Positions 8,637 to 17,987 of a stretch of 64,000 nt of DNA are shown in pieces. The notes beneath the pieces are model-generated. The model saw only the letters and a list, made by a program, of their open reading frames with translations. It made no database searches and was not told where the DNA came from. The stretch comes from Candidatus Omnitrophota bacterium (lineage in GTDB: Bacteria > Omnitrophota > Gorgyraeia > Gygaellales > Profunditerraquicolaceae): the NCBI GenBank assembly GCA_003598135.1, contig QZKA01000027.1:20788-84787 (forward strand). Reading direction: 5' to 3'. The stretch's first letter is position 1. Each line of letters opens with the position of its first letter. The position numbers and the translations under genes were made by a program.

Positions 8637-9181
8637 TGAATCTACCCGAATTAGACATAAAGAAAATAGCGGTTATTGTGCTTTTTTCTTTTGCGGTCCT
8701 CTATACGGACGCGGCTTTTTTGTTTAAGAAACAATTCAGTTCGTTGCGCGCAACCGGCAAGAAGATCGAGCAGTTGCAAAAAGCCATAAGCACCGTGAGT
8801 AAAGAGCTTGAAAAAATGAACGAAGAGAAGGCAAGGGCAAAGAAGGAAAACCAGGGCGGAGGCAAAACACTCATTTCCGAAGAGCAGATACCATCACTTT
8901 TGCATATCATCTCAAATTTTGCCAACGACAACAAAGTAAAAATCATGCAGATGAGGCCGGTAAAGGACACGGCGGTTCAAAGCCCTGGCCCGGGAACGCA
9001 GATTGCGCTCTCCATCATTATGGATGTATCTTGTTCGTATCACAATTTTGGGAAATTCATTAACGATCTGGAAAATGCTGGTCAATTTATGGCAATCCAA
9101 GAGATGCGGATTATGAACCGGCCGGATACAGATTTAGAGCAGAGTATATACCTAATACTGAAGACCTATGTCAAAAAATAA
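8633..9181 (+). CDS. pilO: Type IV pilus assembly protein PilO
   Basis: Sits between pilN and pilP with an overlapping stop/start. It has one N-terminal TM helix followed by a coiled-coil, at 182 aa. Confidence 0.6.
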   Translation: MMNLPELDIKKIAVIVLFSFAVLYTDAAFLFKKQFSSLRATGKKIEQLQKAISTVSKELEKMNEEKARAKKENQGGGKTLISEEQIPSLLHIISNFANDNKVKIMQMRPVKDTAVQSPGPGTQIALSIIMDVSCSYHNFGKFINDLENAGQFMAIQEMRIMNRPDTDLEQSIYLILKTYVKK

Positions 9182-9578
9182 CATTTTTGTCTTTATGCTT
9201 GCCTTAGGTTTGTATTCTTGCGTGAACTGTTTTGCGCAAAACGAGACCGTTTCTGTGCCGGCAGTCGTGCCTACGCAGGAAAACGCTGCAGAAAATAAAT
9301 TTGTCTACGATGCCCAAGGAAAACGTAATCCCTTCATTGCGCTGGTTACTTCTGACGGGCGTTTGCTTAAGATTTCCGACGAACAACAATCCGGCGGCTT
9401 GACGTTGGAAGGTATTATCTACGACGAGCAGGGGATATCGTTTGCGATGGTGAATGGCTCTGTGGTAAAGGTCGGCGATACAATAAGTGGTTATCAGGTG
9501 CTTAAAATAGAATCAAGCCGAGTTATCTTTATTAAGGACGGGGAGCCTTTTATGGCAGAATTAAAGAAGGAGGAATAA
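9168..9578 (+). CDS. pilP: PilP-like lipoprotein
   Basis: Has a signal peptide and a Cys (LGLYSC). It is a small beta-rich protein immediately upstream of the secretin, with an overlapping start. Confidence 0.5.
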   Translation: MSKNNIFVFMLALGLYSCVNCFAQNETVSVPAVVPTQENAAENKFVYDAQGKRNPFIALVTSDGRLLKISDEQQSGGLTLEGIIYDEQGISFAMVNGSVVKVGDTISGYQVLKIESSRVIFIKDGEPFMAELKKEE

Positions 9579-11182
9579 TGAAGCCTATTGTGAGGGTGAG
9601 GACAAGAATATTGCTAATTCTTTTCGGTTTAATGATAACTTTTGTTGTGCGCAGTTCTCTCGTTGCTCAAGAATCCAATGCTACATCTGTGCAGGGCAAG
9701 GATAATGAAACTGCTGTGCAGGAGCAGGCGGAGGCAGGAGAGGTTTTTGGGAATACTGCTGAATCTCCAAGCGAAATGTCGCTTAAGGCCAATGGGTCAG
9801 CGGCACAGAAAAACGTGACACTTGATTTTAAAGATGCCGATATCCGCAACGTCCTGAAAATTATTTCTTATAAGGCAGGCGTCAATATCGTGGTAACCCC
9901 GGATGTGGTCGGTAACGTGAATATGCGCCTGGTGGATGTCCCGTGGCAGAATGCACTGGATACCATTGTAAAGACCTATGGGTTCGGGTATGAATGGCTT
10001 AACGACCGCGTGATTATGGTCTCTACGCTTGCGCGGCTTGCAGAACAGAGGAAGTCGCAAGAAGAGGCGATGGAGAAAGAGCCGCTTGATACAGACACCT
10101 TCGTTTTGAACTTTTCTTCAGCCATAGATATCAAAAATGTCCTGGACAAGCTGCTTTCCGCAAGGGGAAAGATTACGGTAGAGAGCAGGACTAATACCCT
10201 GATTGTGACTGATACCAAGTCTACGCTATTGAAAATCAAAGAGGCAATCCAGCGGCTTGACAAAATGACTCCCCAGGTTATGATTGAGGCAAGGATTATT
10301 GAGACAACGCTTGGAAGTTCTGAAAAATTAGGCATTGATTGGAACCTCAGGGTTGCGTTAAGCGGTCCAAAAAGGCCGACTACCTGGCCTTTTACAGGAG
10401 AAATAAAGGGAGCAGGGTCAAAATATTTTCCCAAAACTACGGTTCCGACTTCCCTTGTGAGGGAAGCAACTACGACGTATAGCGAAACAGGGGCCGTGGT
10501 CGGTACGAGTTATTCCGAAAATACCTACCATAGCCTTGTGGCTGGTTTTCCGGATGTACCTACGGGCCTTTTTACCTTCGGTACTCTTGACATGACAGGA
10601 TTACAAGCCGTACTTGAAGTTTTAAAATCAAGCTCTGATACAAAGATAATTTCTAACCCCCGGATTACTACCTTGAATAATCAGGAGGCAAAGATCTTGG
10701 TGGGTAAGGTCGTGCCGATTCCCAAATACGAATACAGCAAAGAGACGGGAGCCTTGAGCATATCAGGCTATGAAGATAAAGAAGTCGGAGTAAAGCTTAT
10801 TGTAACGCCCAATATCAATGAGCAGGAGTATGTTACCTTGAGTGTTAAGCCAAGCGTTGAGGCTATCATTGGTTCAACCGGACCCAACGGAGAAAGGCCC
10901 GTGATTTCAACCCGAAGCGCTGAAACAAATGTTATGATAAAAAATGGGCAGACTCTCGTGATAGGGGGCTTGATTTCGGAAGATAAAATAAAGTCAAAGA
11001 ATGGAATCCCTATTTTGGGCAGCCTGCCGCTTTTAAAGTACCTATTCGGCAGGAAAGAGGACACTATTACCAAAACAGAGATGCTTATTTTTATTACTCC
11101 GCACATCATAAGAGAAAAGAAGCCTTTGCTTGAAAAAGCCGGCTCAGAAGGAATACCGGCGGTATCTCCTACTGGTGCATAG
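9578..11182 (+). CDS. pilQ: Type IV pilus secretin PilQ
   Basis: Secretin C-domain: NPRITTLNNQEAKI...TLVIGGLISED....GIPILGSLPLLKYLFG....EMLIFITPHII. An N-terminal signal peptide is present. Confidence 0.85.
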   Translation: MKPIVRVRTRILLILFGLMITFVVRSSLVAQESNATSVQGKDNETAVQEQAEAGEVFGNTAESPSEMSLKANGSAAQKNVTLDFKDADIRNVLKIISYKAGVNIVVTPDVVGNVNMRLVDVPWQNALDTIVKTYGFGYEWLNDRVIMVSTLARLAEQRKSQEEAMEKEPLDTDTFVLNFSSAIDIKNVLDKLLSARGKITVESRTNTLIVTDTKSTLLKIKEAIQRLDKMTPQVMIEARIIETTLGSSEKLGIDWNLRVALSGPKRPTTWPFTGEIKGAGSKYFPKTTVPTSLVREATTTYSETGAVVGTSYSENTYHSLVAGFPDVPTGLFTFGTLDMTGLQAVLEVLKSSSDTKIISNPRITTLNNQEAKILVGKVVPIPKYEYSKETGALSISGYEDKEVGVKLIVTPNINEQEYVTLSVKPSVEAIIGSTGPNGERPVISTRSAETNVMIKNGQTLVIGGLISEDKIKSKNGIPILGSLPLLKYLFGRKEDTITKTEMLIFITPHIIREKKPLLEKAGSEGIPAVSPTGA

Positions 11183-11221
11183 TTCTGATTTTATACGATT
11201 TGGAAGGGCGCCTTTCTAAAC

Positions 11222-11539
11222 ATGTACGAAATTTCTTTCAGTTTCACTAAAAAGGGCGCAATGAGGTTTATTTCTCATCTTGATCTGTTACGTTTATTAC
11301 AGCGTGCATTACGCAGGTCAGGATTGCCCTTGAAGATGACCGAAGGATTCAGCCCCCACCCCAAACTAAGCATTATCAGGGCATTAAAGCTTGGACTTGA
11401 AAGCGAAAATGAAGAAGCGAAGGCAGTGCTTAGGGAAGTAGTTGAGCCTCATCAGGCAAAGGAATTACTCAACACACAGCTGCCCGAAGGGATAGAGATA
11501 GTAGCCCTTACCGGAAGACAGAATAGCGAGAGGGCGTAA
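11222..11539 (+). CDS. Short DUF2344/TIGR03936-like protein (radical-SAM-associated family), only about half the usual length
   Basis: N-terminus MRFISHLDLLRLLQRALRRSGLPL..GFSPHPKLS matches the conserved start of the DUF2344 family, which is commonly found next to RNase E/G genes. It is 105 aa against roughly 230 aa for typical members. Confidence 0.4.
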   Translation: MYEISFSFTKKGAMRFISHLDLLRLLQRALRRSGLPLKMTEGFSPHPKLSIIRALKLGLESENEEAKAVLREVVEPHQAKELLNTQLPEGIEIVALTGRQNSERA

Positions 11540-11544
11540 AGGAT

Positions 11545-12984
11545 ATGGCAAAAGAAATACTGATTAATATTGAACCTCGACAAAAGCGCGTTGCCATAGT
11601 AAATAACGGCAGGCTGGAAGAGTTTTATATCGAACGGCCTAGCGATAAGACTATTGTCGGGAATATTTATAAGGGCATTATTGAAGCAGTAGTGCCGTCT
11701 ATAGGAGCGGCATTTGTGGATATCGGTTTACCCAAAAAGGGTTTTTTGTACCTTTCCGAAATAGAATCCGCATATGAATCCTCCGATTCTCCGTTGTCAA
11801 AACCCCAAGAAGTAAAAAAGGGCCAGGAGATTCTTGTCCAGGTAGTCAAAGAGCAATTCGGTACTAAGGGCCCCAGGATTTCTTGTCACACTGGCCTTGC
11901 GGGTAGGTATTTGGTGATGATGCCGCAGGATCAGCAGATAGGTATTTCCCGCAGGATAGAAGACGACGAGGAAAGAAGGCGGCTCAGGCAGATTTTAGCG
12001 GAATTGCGCCTTCCAAAAAATATAGGTTTTATTGTCAGGACTGCGGCGTTCGGCATGTCGAAAAAAGAGCTCTTAAGAGACGCGCATTTCCTGATCAAGT
12101 TGTGGAAAAGACTTGAGAGGACGATGCGCCAAAAAAGGCCACCTTCGCTTATCTATGAAGAATATGATTTGAGTTTCAGGGCTATCAGGGATTCTTTCAC
12201 CGAAGACGTTTCCAAGTTGATCGTAGATTCAAAAGACGAATATTACCGTATTATGCGTTTTGTGAAGACTTTTCTTGGGTATCTTGCGCCCCGTATAGAA
12301 TTATACAAAGGAGATGATCTTTTTATCAGTAAAGACGTTGAACGGCAGGTAAGCCGGATTTTTGAACCTATGGTGCACCTTAAATCGAAATCGTACCTGG
12401 TAATAGAACCCACTGAAGGGCTGGTAGTCATAGATGTTAATAGCGGGGGGTTCAAAGATAAGATTAGCCAGGAAGACGCAGCCTTCAAGGTTAATTGCGA
12501 AGCGGCAACTGAAACAGCGCACCAGCTCAAGCTACGTGACCTCGGCGGTATAATCGTTATTGATTTTATCGATATGGAGAAAGAAGGGCACCGTAGGCAC
12601 GTGCTCGATACCCTTAAGCATGCCTTAAGAAGCGACAAGGCTAAATACGATATTTTGGGGATCTCAAAGTTCGGCTTGGTAGAGATGACCCGCGAGCGCA
12701 TCCATAATACGGTGCAGACCCTTTCGTTTCAGGCTTGTCCATATTGCCAGGGAAGGGGTAAGGTCAAATCGGCACTTACCGTATCCATTGATGCGCTTAA
12801 GGAACTGAAGAAGTACCTTAAAGAGAAAACCCATAAAGAGGTAAGCCTTTTTCTAAACCCTGTGGTAGTGGATGAAATACTCAAACACAAGGAGCACATC
12901 AGGTTCATTGAGCGCAAATTTGGCACAAAGGTCAACCTTATCTCCAATCCTGCCTTACACATCGAAGACATCAGAATATCTTAA
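11545..12984 (+). CDS. rng: Ribonuclease G/E family endoribonuclease (Rng/CafA-like)
   Basis: S1 domain (GNIYKGIIEAVVPSIGAAFVDIG) and RNase E/G catalytic core (GGIIVIDFIDME, RISCHTGLAGRYLV). At 479 aa it is the size of RNase G. Confidence 0.85.
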   Translation: MAKEILINIEPRQKRVAIVNNGRLEEFYIERPSDKTIVGNIYKGIIEAVVPSIGAAFVDIGLPKKGFLYLSEIESAYESSDSPLSKPQEVKKGQEILVQVVKEQFGTKGPRISCHTGLAGRYLVMMPQDQQIGISRRIEDDEERRRLRQILAELRLPKNIGFIVRTAAFGMSKKELLRDAHFLIKLWKRLERTMRQKRPPSLIYEEYDLSFRAIRDSFTEDVSKLIVDSKDEYYRIMRFVKTFLGYLAPRIELYKGDDLFISKDVERQVSRIFEPMVHLKSKSYLVIEPTEGLVVIDVNSGGFKDKISQEDAAFKVNCEAATETAHQLKLRDLGGIIVIDFIDMEKEGHRRHVLDTLKHALRSDKAKYDILGISKFGLVEMTRERIHNTVQTLSFQACPYCQGRGKVKSALTVSIDALKELKKYLKEKTHKEVSLFLNPVVVDEILKHKEHIRFIERKFGTKVNLISNPALHIEDIRIS

Positions 12985-13087
12985 AATCGCACAGCAGATT
13001 ATATTGATTACCTAAAATTCCGCTTCGCTGAATTGCGGGGCTTTTGAAAAATGGTTAATCCCGCTATTTTTCAGGAGGCAATTTTAC

Positions 13088-13115
13088 TTGATTCTTTGAT
13101 TTTATGGTGTATAAT
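13088..13115 (+). promoter_or_regulatory. Candidate sigma70 promoter for rplU-obg
   Basis: TTGATT (13088-13093), 16-nt spacer, TATAAT (13110-13115). It lies about 50 nt upstream of the GGAGG RBS of rplU. Confidence 0.45.
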
Positions 13116-13163
13116 TAAACTTCAGACTTTTTAACCGTAGTAAACCCCCAAGGAGGATGGAAA

Positions 13164-13478
13164 ATGTATGCAATAATTGAAGTTGGCGCAAAACAGTATA
13201 TCGTAAAAGAAGGCGACTCGATTGAAGTTGAGCGTCAAAAAATAGAACAACATAAAGATATTATTCTTAAGAATATTTTATTGATTTCCAATGATAAGGA
13301 AACAAAGGTCGGCCAGCCTTTTTTAAAGGACGCAACAGTCAAAGCCACGGTTGTAGAGCACACAAAAGCCGAGAAGTTAATCTCTTTTAAATACCGCCGG
13401 AGAAAATCCTCACACTGGACAAAAGGGCATCGCCAGAGGCTAACGAGGCTTACAATCAAAGAGATCAAGGCAAGCTGA
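13164..13478 (+). CDS. rplU: 50S ribosomal protein L21
   Basis: MYAIIEVGAKQYIVKEGD... is the canonical L21 N-terminus, at 104 aa. Confidence 0.9.
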   Translation: MYAIIEVGAKQYIVKEGDSIEVERQKIEQHKDIILKNILLISNDKETKVGQPFLKDATVKATVVEHTKAEKLISFKYRRRKSSHWTKGHRQRLTRLTIKEIKAS

Positions 13479-13500
13479 TACAATTGAAAGCTGGTTTTCG

Positions 13501-14454
13501 ATGTTCATTGATAGCGTCAAGATTTACGTTAAGGGCGGCCGCGGAGGAAACGGCTGCAATAGTGTATACCGGGATAAGTTAAATCGTCGAGGGTTCCCTG
13601 ATGGAGGAAGCGGCGGGAAAGGCGCCGATGTAATCCTTAAGGCCGATAGGAACTTGCGCACCCTGCTTGATTTTAAGTACAACAGGCATTTTTACGGCTT
13701 AAAAGGCAAGGACGGCTCCAGTAAAAGAAAAAAAGGAAAAACCGCCCCGGATTTATCCGTGAGGGTTCCTTGCGGGGTAGTCGTCTTAGACGCGGCAAAG
13801 AACTGTATACTCGGAAGTCTTGAGTATGACGGCCAAATGCTCGTTGTTGCTTCAGGCGGTAAACCCGGCTTGGGGAATCAGCACAACCGCGATGCAACAA
13901 GCGGCGAACCCGGAGAAGAGCGCGAGCTCCTTATTGACTTAAAGCTTATAGCGGATGTCGGGATCATAGGGTTCCCTAACGCAGGCAAATCTACCCTGAT
14001 ATCGGTAATTTCTGGGGCTCATCCGAGAATTGCACCGTATCCCTTTACTACAAAGACCCCGACTTTAGGTGTAGTCAAAGTTGCCGGCGGACATTTTGTA
14101 GCGGCAGATATACCCGGTCTGATCGAAGGTTCTCATTCTGGCAGAGGCCTAGGAGACCGTTTCTTAAGGCATGTTGAGCGCACAAAGCTGCTTGTGCACC
14201 TGATTGATATTTCAGGATGCGAAGGCAGAAACCCGCTTGAAGACTATCGGATCATTAAAGATGAGCTGCGTAGGTATAGCCCGGAGTTAGCCAAGAAGCC
14301 GCAGATCCTTGCCGCAAACAAAATGGACCTGGGGCAGGCAGCAGGAAACCTTAAAGTTTTTAGGAGCAAGATACGTAGGGTGATATACCCTATTTCGGCA
14401 TTGAATAAAGAGGGGCTCGATGAGCTTATCAACGCAATCAGAAAAAAATTATAA
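13501..14454 (+). CDS. obg: GTPase Obg/CgtA (short form without a C-terminal extension)
   Basis: Gly-rich Obg-fold N-terminus (KGGRGGNGC, GGSGGKGADV) with G1 GFPNAGKST and G3 DIPGLIEG motifs. Confidence 0.9.
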   Translation: MFIDSVKIYVKGGRGGNGCNSVYRDKLNRRGFPDGGSGGKGADVILKADRNLRTLLDFKYNRHFYGLKGKDGSSKRKKGKTAPDLSVRVPCGVVVLDAAKNCILGSLEYDGQMLVVASGGKPGLGNQHNRDATSGEPGEERELLIDLKLIADVGIIGFPNAGKSTLISVISGAHPRIAPYPFTTKTPTLGVVKVAGGHFVAADIPGLIEGSHSGRGLGDRFLRHVERTKLLVHLIDISGCEGRNPLEDYRIIKDELRRYSPELAKKPQILAANKMDLGQAAGNLKVFRSKIRRVIYPISALNKEGLDELINAIRKKL

Positions 14455-15493
14455 AAGAATCGTAATCAAGATTGGTAGCAGCCTGTTTTTTAAGGACTGT
14501 ACACAGCCGGATTTCAGGCTTTTTCATGCAATCTCCTCCCAGATTCAAGAGTTACTCAAGGATGGCAAAGAGGTAATATTGGTTTCTTCCGGGGCGATTG
14601 CCCATGGAATGTATCTTTTGCACCGCCAAGAAAGGCCAAAGGAATTGAGCCTGCTTCAGTCAATGTCAGCAATCGGCCAGAACGCGCTCATGAATGCATA
14701 CGCCGGCGCCTTTGAAGATTCAGGGTATCATGTTGCACAGATTCTTCTGACCTGGGATGATTTCGCTGATTCCGAACGTTATCTTAACGCCAAGAATACC
14801 ATATTGTCCCTTTTGAAACTAAAAGGCGTGCCGATTATTAACGAAAACGATACTATCTCAACCGAGGAGATCAAGTTCGGCGATAATGATCGGCTTTCTG
14901 CGCTTGTGGCGGGACTTGTGTTTGCGGATCTCCTCGTCATACTTTCTGACGTCGATGGACTTCTTGATAACGAAAAAAAGGTTATAAAAATCGTGAAGGA
15001 AATCACGCCTCAGATTAAGTCGCTTGCCTGCCCTACGGGCAAGAAGGTCTGCGTTGGAGGGATGGTGACTAAGATTGAGGCGGCAAGAATTGCAATTGAT
15101 TCGGGAATTCCGTGTTTGATCACCAATGGCAATATCGAAGGCAGCATTGTATCCGCGGTCAGAAACCCGGGAGGGAGCGGCACTTTATTTATGCCGAAAA
15201 AAGGCCTGAAAGCAAAAAAGCGGTGGATCGCCTTTAGCGCAAAGACGAAAGGTAAAGTTATGGTTGACGAAGGCGCGCAAAAAGCGCTGCGAGGCAACAA
15301 AAGCCTCCTTTCCGTCGGCATTATATCCTGTTCCGGTAATTTTGAGGCCGGGGATATAGTCTTTGTTGCCGATAAGGACGGGATACTCTTTGCGAAGGGC
15401 AAAATTGCTGTTTCTTCGAAACAACTGGAAAGGATTAAGGGGAGCCGTTACCACAAAGAGATAATTCATCTGGATAACATAGTCATTCTATAG
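14420..15493 (+). CDS. proB: Glutamate 5-kinase with a C-terminal PUA domain
   Basis: KRIVIKIGSSL N-terminal motif, amino-acid-kinase fold and PUA tail. It overlaps the obg 3' end by 35 nt. Confidence 0.9.
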   Translation: MSLSTQSEKNYKRIVIKIGSSLFFKDCTQPDFRLFHAISSQIQELLKDGKEVILVSSGAIAHGMYLLHRQERPKELSLLQSMSAIGQNALMNAYAGAFEDSGYHVAQILLTWDDFADSERYLNAKNTILSLLKLKGVPIINENDTISTEEIKFGDNDRLSALVAGLVFADLLVILSDVDGLLDNEKKVIKIVKEITPQIKSLACPTGKKVCVGGMVTKIEAARIAIDSGIPCLITNGNIEGSIVSAVRNPGGSGTLFMPKKGLKAKKRWIAFSAKTKGKVMVDEGAQKALRGNKSLLSVGIISCSGNFEAGDIVFVADKDGILFAKGKIAVSSKQLERIKGSRYHKEIIHLDNIVIL

Positions 15494-15509
15494 AAGTACG
15501 GGATTACGC

Positions 15510-16775
15510 ATGGAACTTAAAAAATATCTTACCACAATAGGGAAATTGGCAAAAGAGGCGTCATACGGGGCAATGTGTCTTTCGACCAAAGTAAAAAACT
15601 TAGCTCTTAAGGATATGGCAAAGTCTCTCTGTGCGCATAATTCCGCCATCTTGAAAGCGAATGCCAGAGATGTGCGCGCAGCGTTAAAAAAGAAACTGCC
15701 ATTACCTCTTATCGACAGGTTGCAATTGAATGCTAAAAGGATTCGCGTAATGGCTGATTCCTTAGCTGAAATCGCAACGCTCGACGACCCTGTGGGGGAG
15801 GTACTAAAGGCTTGGCGTAGGCCAAACGGCTTATGGATTCATAAGGTGCGCGTGCCCATAGGCGTTATTGCCATTATTTATGAATCGAGGCCGAACGTGA
15901 CTTCTGATTGTATCGGGCTTTGTGTGAAATCCGGCAACAGTGTTATTTTAAGGGGCGGAAGCGAAGCGATGCATTCAAACCTGAGTATTTACGCAAGCAT
16001 CAAAGGGGCCTTGAAAAAGCACCGTATTCATGAAGGCATGGTTAATATGGTTTCGACGTGCGACAGAAAAGCGCTTGATGTGTTGCTTAGGCTTAATGAG
16101 TACATTGATTTAGTAATGCCTCGGGGTGGCGAAGGACTAATTAAACGAGTGATGCAGATATCGCGCATCCCTGTGATTAAACATTATAAGGGCATCTGTG
16201 CGGTCTATGTCGATGAATCGGCGGACGTAAAAATGGCGAAAGAGGTTTGTTTCAACGCAAAAGTTCAGCGTCCGGGCGTCTGCAATGCGATGGAAACTAT
16301 GTTAGTGCACAGAAGGATTGCGAAGAAGTTTCTTCCTTCTATGCTTGCCGATTTCAGAAAGGCAAACGTTGAGATACGCGGCTGTCCGTACACGAGGAGG
16401 CTTTTTAAGGGAGCAAAAGCCGCAACTCAGGCAGATTACCGGACTGAGTTTCTCGGCTTGATACTTAGCGTCAAAGTGGTCAAAGACGTAGCTGAGGCAA
16501 CCGCACACATCAACACCTGCGGTACGCATCATTCGGATAGCATTATTACCGAAGATTACCGTAATGCCCTCTCATTTTTGAGGAACGTTGATTCGGCCTG
16601 CGTCTATGTGAACGCCTCTACCCGCTTTACGGACGGTTATCAGTTTGGTATGGGTGCAGAGGTAGGGATTTCGACCGATAAGTTGCATGCCCGCGGGCCC
16701 ATGGCCCTGGAAGAATTGACGACCTATAAATATATGGTGTTTGGCAAGGGCCAGGTGAGGACTGAGTTAAAATGA
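15510..16775 (+). CDS. proA: Gamma-glutamyl phosphate reductase
   Basis: Aldehyde-dehydrogenase-family ProA pattern with the catalytic Cys region (NTCGTHHSD), at 421 aa. Confidence 0.9.
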   Translation: MELKKYLTTIGKLAKEASYGAMCLSTKVKNLALKDMAKSLCAHNSAILKANARDVRAALKKKLPLPLIDRLQLNAKRIRVMADSLAEIATLDDPVGEVLKAWRRPNGLWIHKVRVPIGVIAIIYESRPNVTSDCIGLCVKSGNSVILRGGSEAMHSNLSIYASIKGALKKHRIHEGMVNMVSTCDRKALDVLLRLNEYIDLVMPRGGEGLIKRVMQISRIPVIKHYKGICAVYVDESADVKMAKEVCFNAKVQRPGVCNAMETMLVHRRIAKKFLPSMLADFRKANVEIRGCPYTRRLFKGAKAATQADYRTEFLGLILSVKVVKDVAEATAHINTCGTHHSDSIITEDYRNALSFLRNVDSACVYVNASTRFTDGYQFGMGAEVGISTDKLHARGPMALEELTTYKYMVFGKGQVRTELK

Positions 16776-17338
16776 AAATTGGTATTCTTGGAGGGACGTT
16801 TAACCCCATACATCTGGGGCATCTTATTCTGGCTGAGGAGGTCAGGGAACAGATGAATCTGGAGAAAATAATTTTTGTTCCAACGTTTCTGGCGCCTCAT
16901 AAAGATAACTCCAATGTTGCTTCAGCGAAAGATAGGCATGAAATGATTACACTTGCCATCCGCGGGAATAGACATTTTTCTGTCTCTGATATCGAAATTG
17001 CCAGAAAGGGCCGTTCTTATACCATTGATACGCTTAAAGAGCTGGTAAGGAGGTTTTCTTCCGACGAATTATCGTTTATCACCGGTTCTGACCTGTTGAA
17101 TTACCTCGACGAATGGAAGGATTTACAGGATATCATCAAGTTGGTGCGATTTATTGTCGCTACAAGGCCGGGATACCCTTTGGAAAAGATTCCTTCCTAT
17201 ATCGATACGGTCGAGATCAGGGCAGTAGATATTTCTGCGTTTGAAATACGTAAGCGCATACAACAACGTCAATCATTTCGTTACCTTGTTCCTGAGGCGG
17301 TGTATGCCTACATCGCCAGGAAAAGATTATATTCCTAA
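16772..17338 (+). CDS. nadD: Nicotinate-nucleotide adenylyltransferase
   Basis: GILGGTFNPIHLGH is the (H/T)xGH nucleotidyltransferase motif. It overlaps proA with ATGA. Confidence 0.85.
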   Translation: MKIGILGGTFNPIHLGHLILAEEVREQMNLEKIIFVPTFLAPHKDNSNVASAKDRHEMITLAIRGNRHFSVSDIEIARKGRSYTIDTLKELVRRFSSDELSFITGSDLLNYLDEWKDLQDIIKLVRFIVATRPGYPLEKIPSYIDTVEIRAVDISAFEIRKRIQQRQSFRYLVPEAVYAYIARKRLYS

Positions 17339-17342
17339 AGAG

Positions 17343-17987
17343 ATGAAAATAAAAATCGCAGCTTCAATACTGTCGGCAGATTTCAGCTGTTTGAATGAAG
17401 AGATCAGAAAGGTAGAAAGTGCAGGCGCGGACATGCTGCATATTGACGTCATGGACGGCCATTTTGTTCCTAACATTACCATCGGGCCTATGGTGGTTGA
17501 GGATATCCGTAAATCAACCGCCCTTCCGCTTGATGTGCATTTGATGATTGAGAAGCCACAGGATTTTATCGATGACTTTGTCAAGGCCGGCAGTAACCTT
17601 ATAACCGTGCACATCGAAACGGTTACGGAGAGAAAGGCCAGAGAGATAAAAGAGAGATTGCAGAAGAAGGGTGTGCGGCTGGGTATTTCGCTTAACCCCT
17701 TAACTGCGCTACATACGATTGATAAAACGCTTGCGTTTGTTGATTTCGTGTTAGTGATGTCAGTCAATCCCGGTTTTGGTGGCCAGGAGTTTATCGGGTC
17801 AGTAGTCCCGAAGATTAAAGAGCTGCGTTCGTTTTTTAAAGGCGACATTGCAGTGGATGGCGGCATTAATGAAACGACCGGTAAACAGGTGGTGGCAGCG
17901 GGTGCTTCGATTTTGGCTGCGGGCTCATATATTTTTAAATCAAAAGATTATGCGGATTCAATAAGGAGATTGAAATGTCAGGCGTAA
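17343..17987 (+). CDS. rpe: Ribulose-phosphate 3-epimerase
   Basis: MKIKIAASILSADFSCLNEEI...DVMDGHFVPNITIGP matches Rpe. The start is placed 4 nt after the nadD stop rather than at the track's 17241, which would overlap nadD in another frame. Confidence 0.85.
   Translation: MKIKIAASILSADFSCLNEEIRKVESAGADMLHIDVMDGHFVPNITIGPMVVEDIRKSTALPLDVHLMIEKPQDFIDDFVKAGSNLITVHIETVTERKAREIKERLQKKGVRLGISLNPLTALHTIDKTLAFVDFVLVMSVNPGFGGQEFIGSVVPKIKELRSFFKGDIAVDGGINETTGKQVVAAGASILAAGSYIFKSKDYADSIRRLKCQA

Noticed and set aside
17241-17342. Upstream extension of rpe to the track's ATG at 17241/17304
   Set aside because: It would overlap the nadD 3' end by up to 98 nt in another frame. The ATG at 17343 gives the canonical Rpe N-terminus (MKIKIAASILSADF) 4 nt after the nadD stop.
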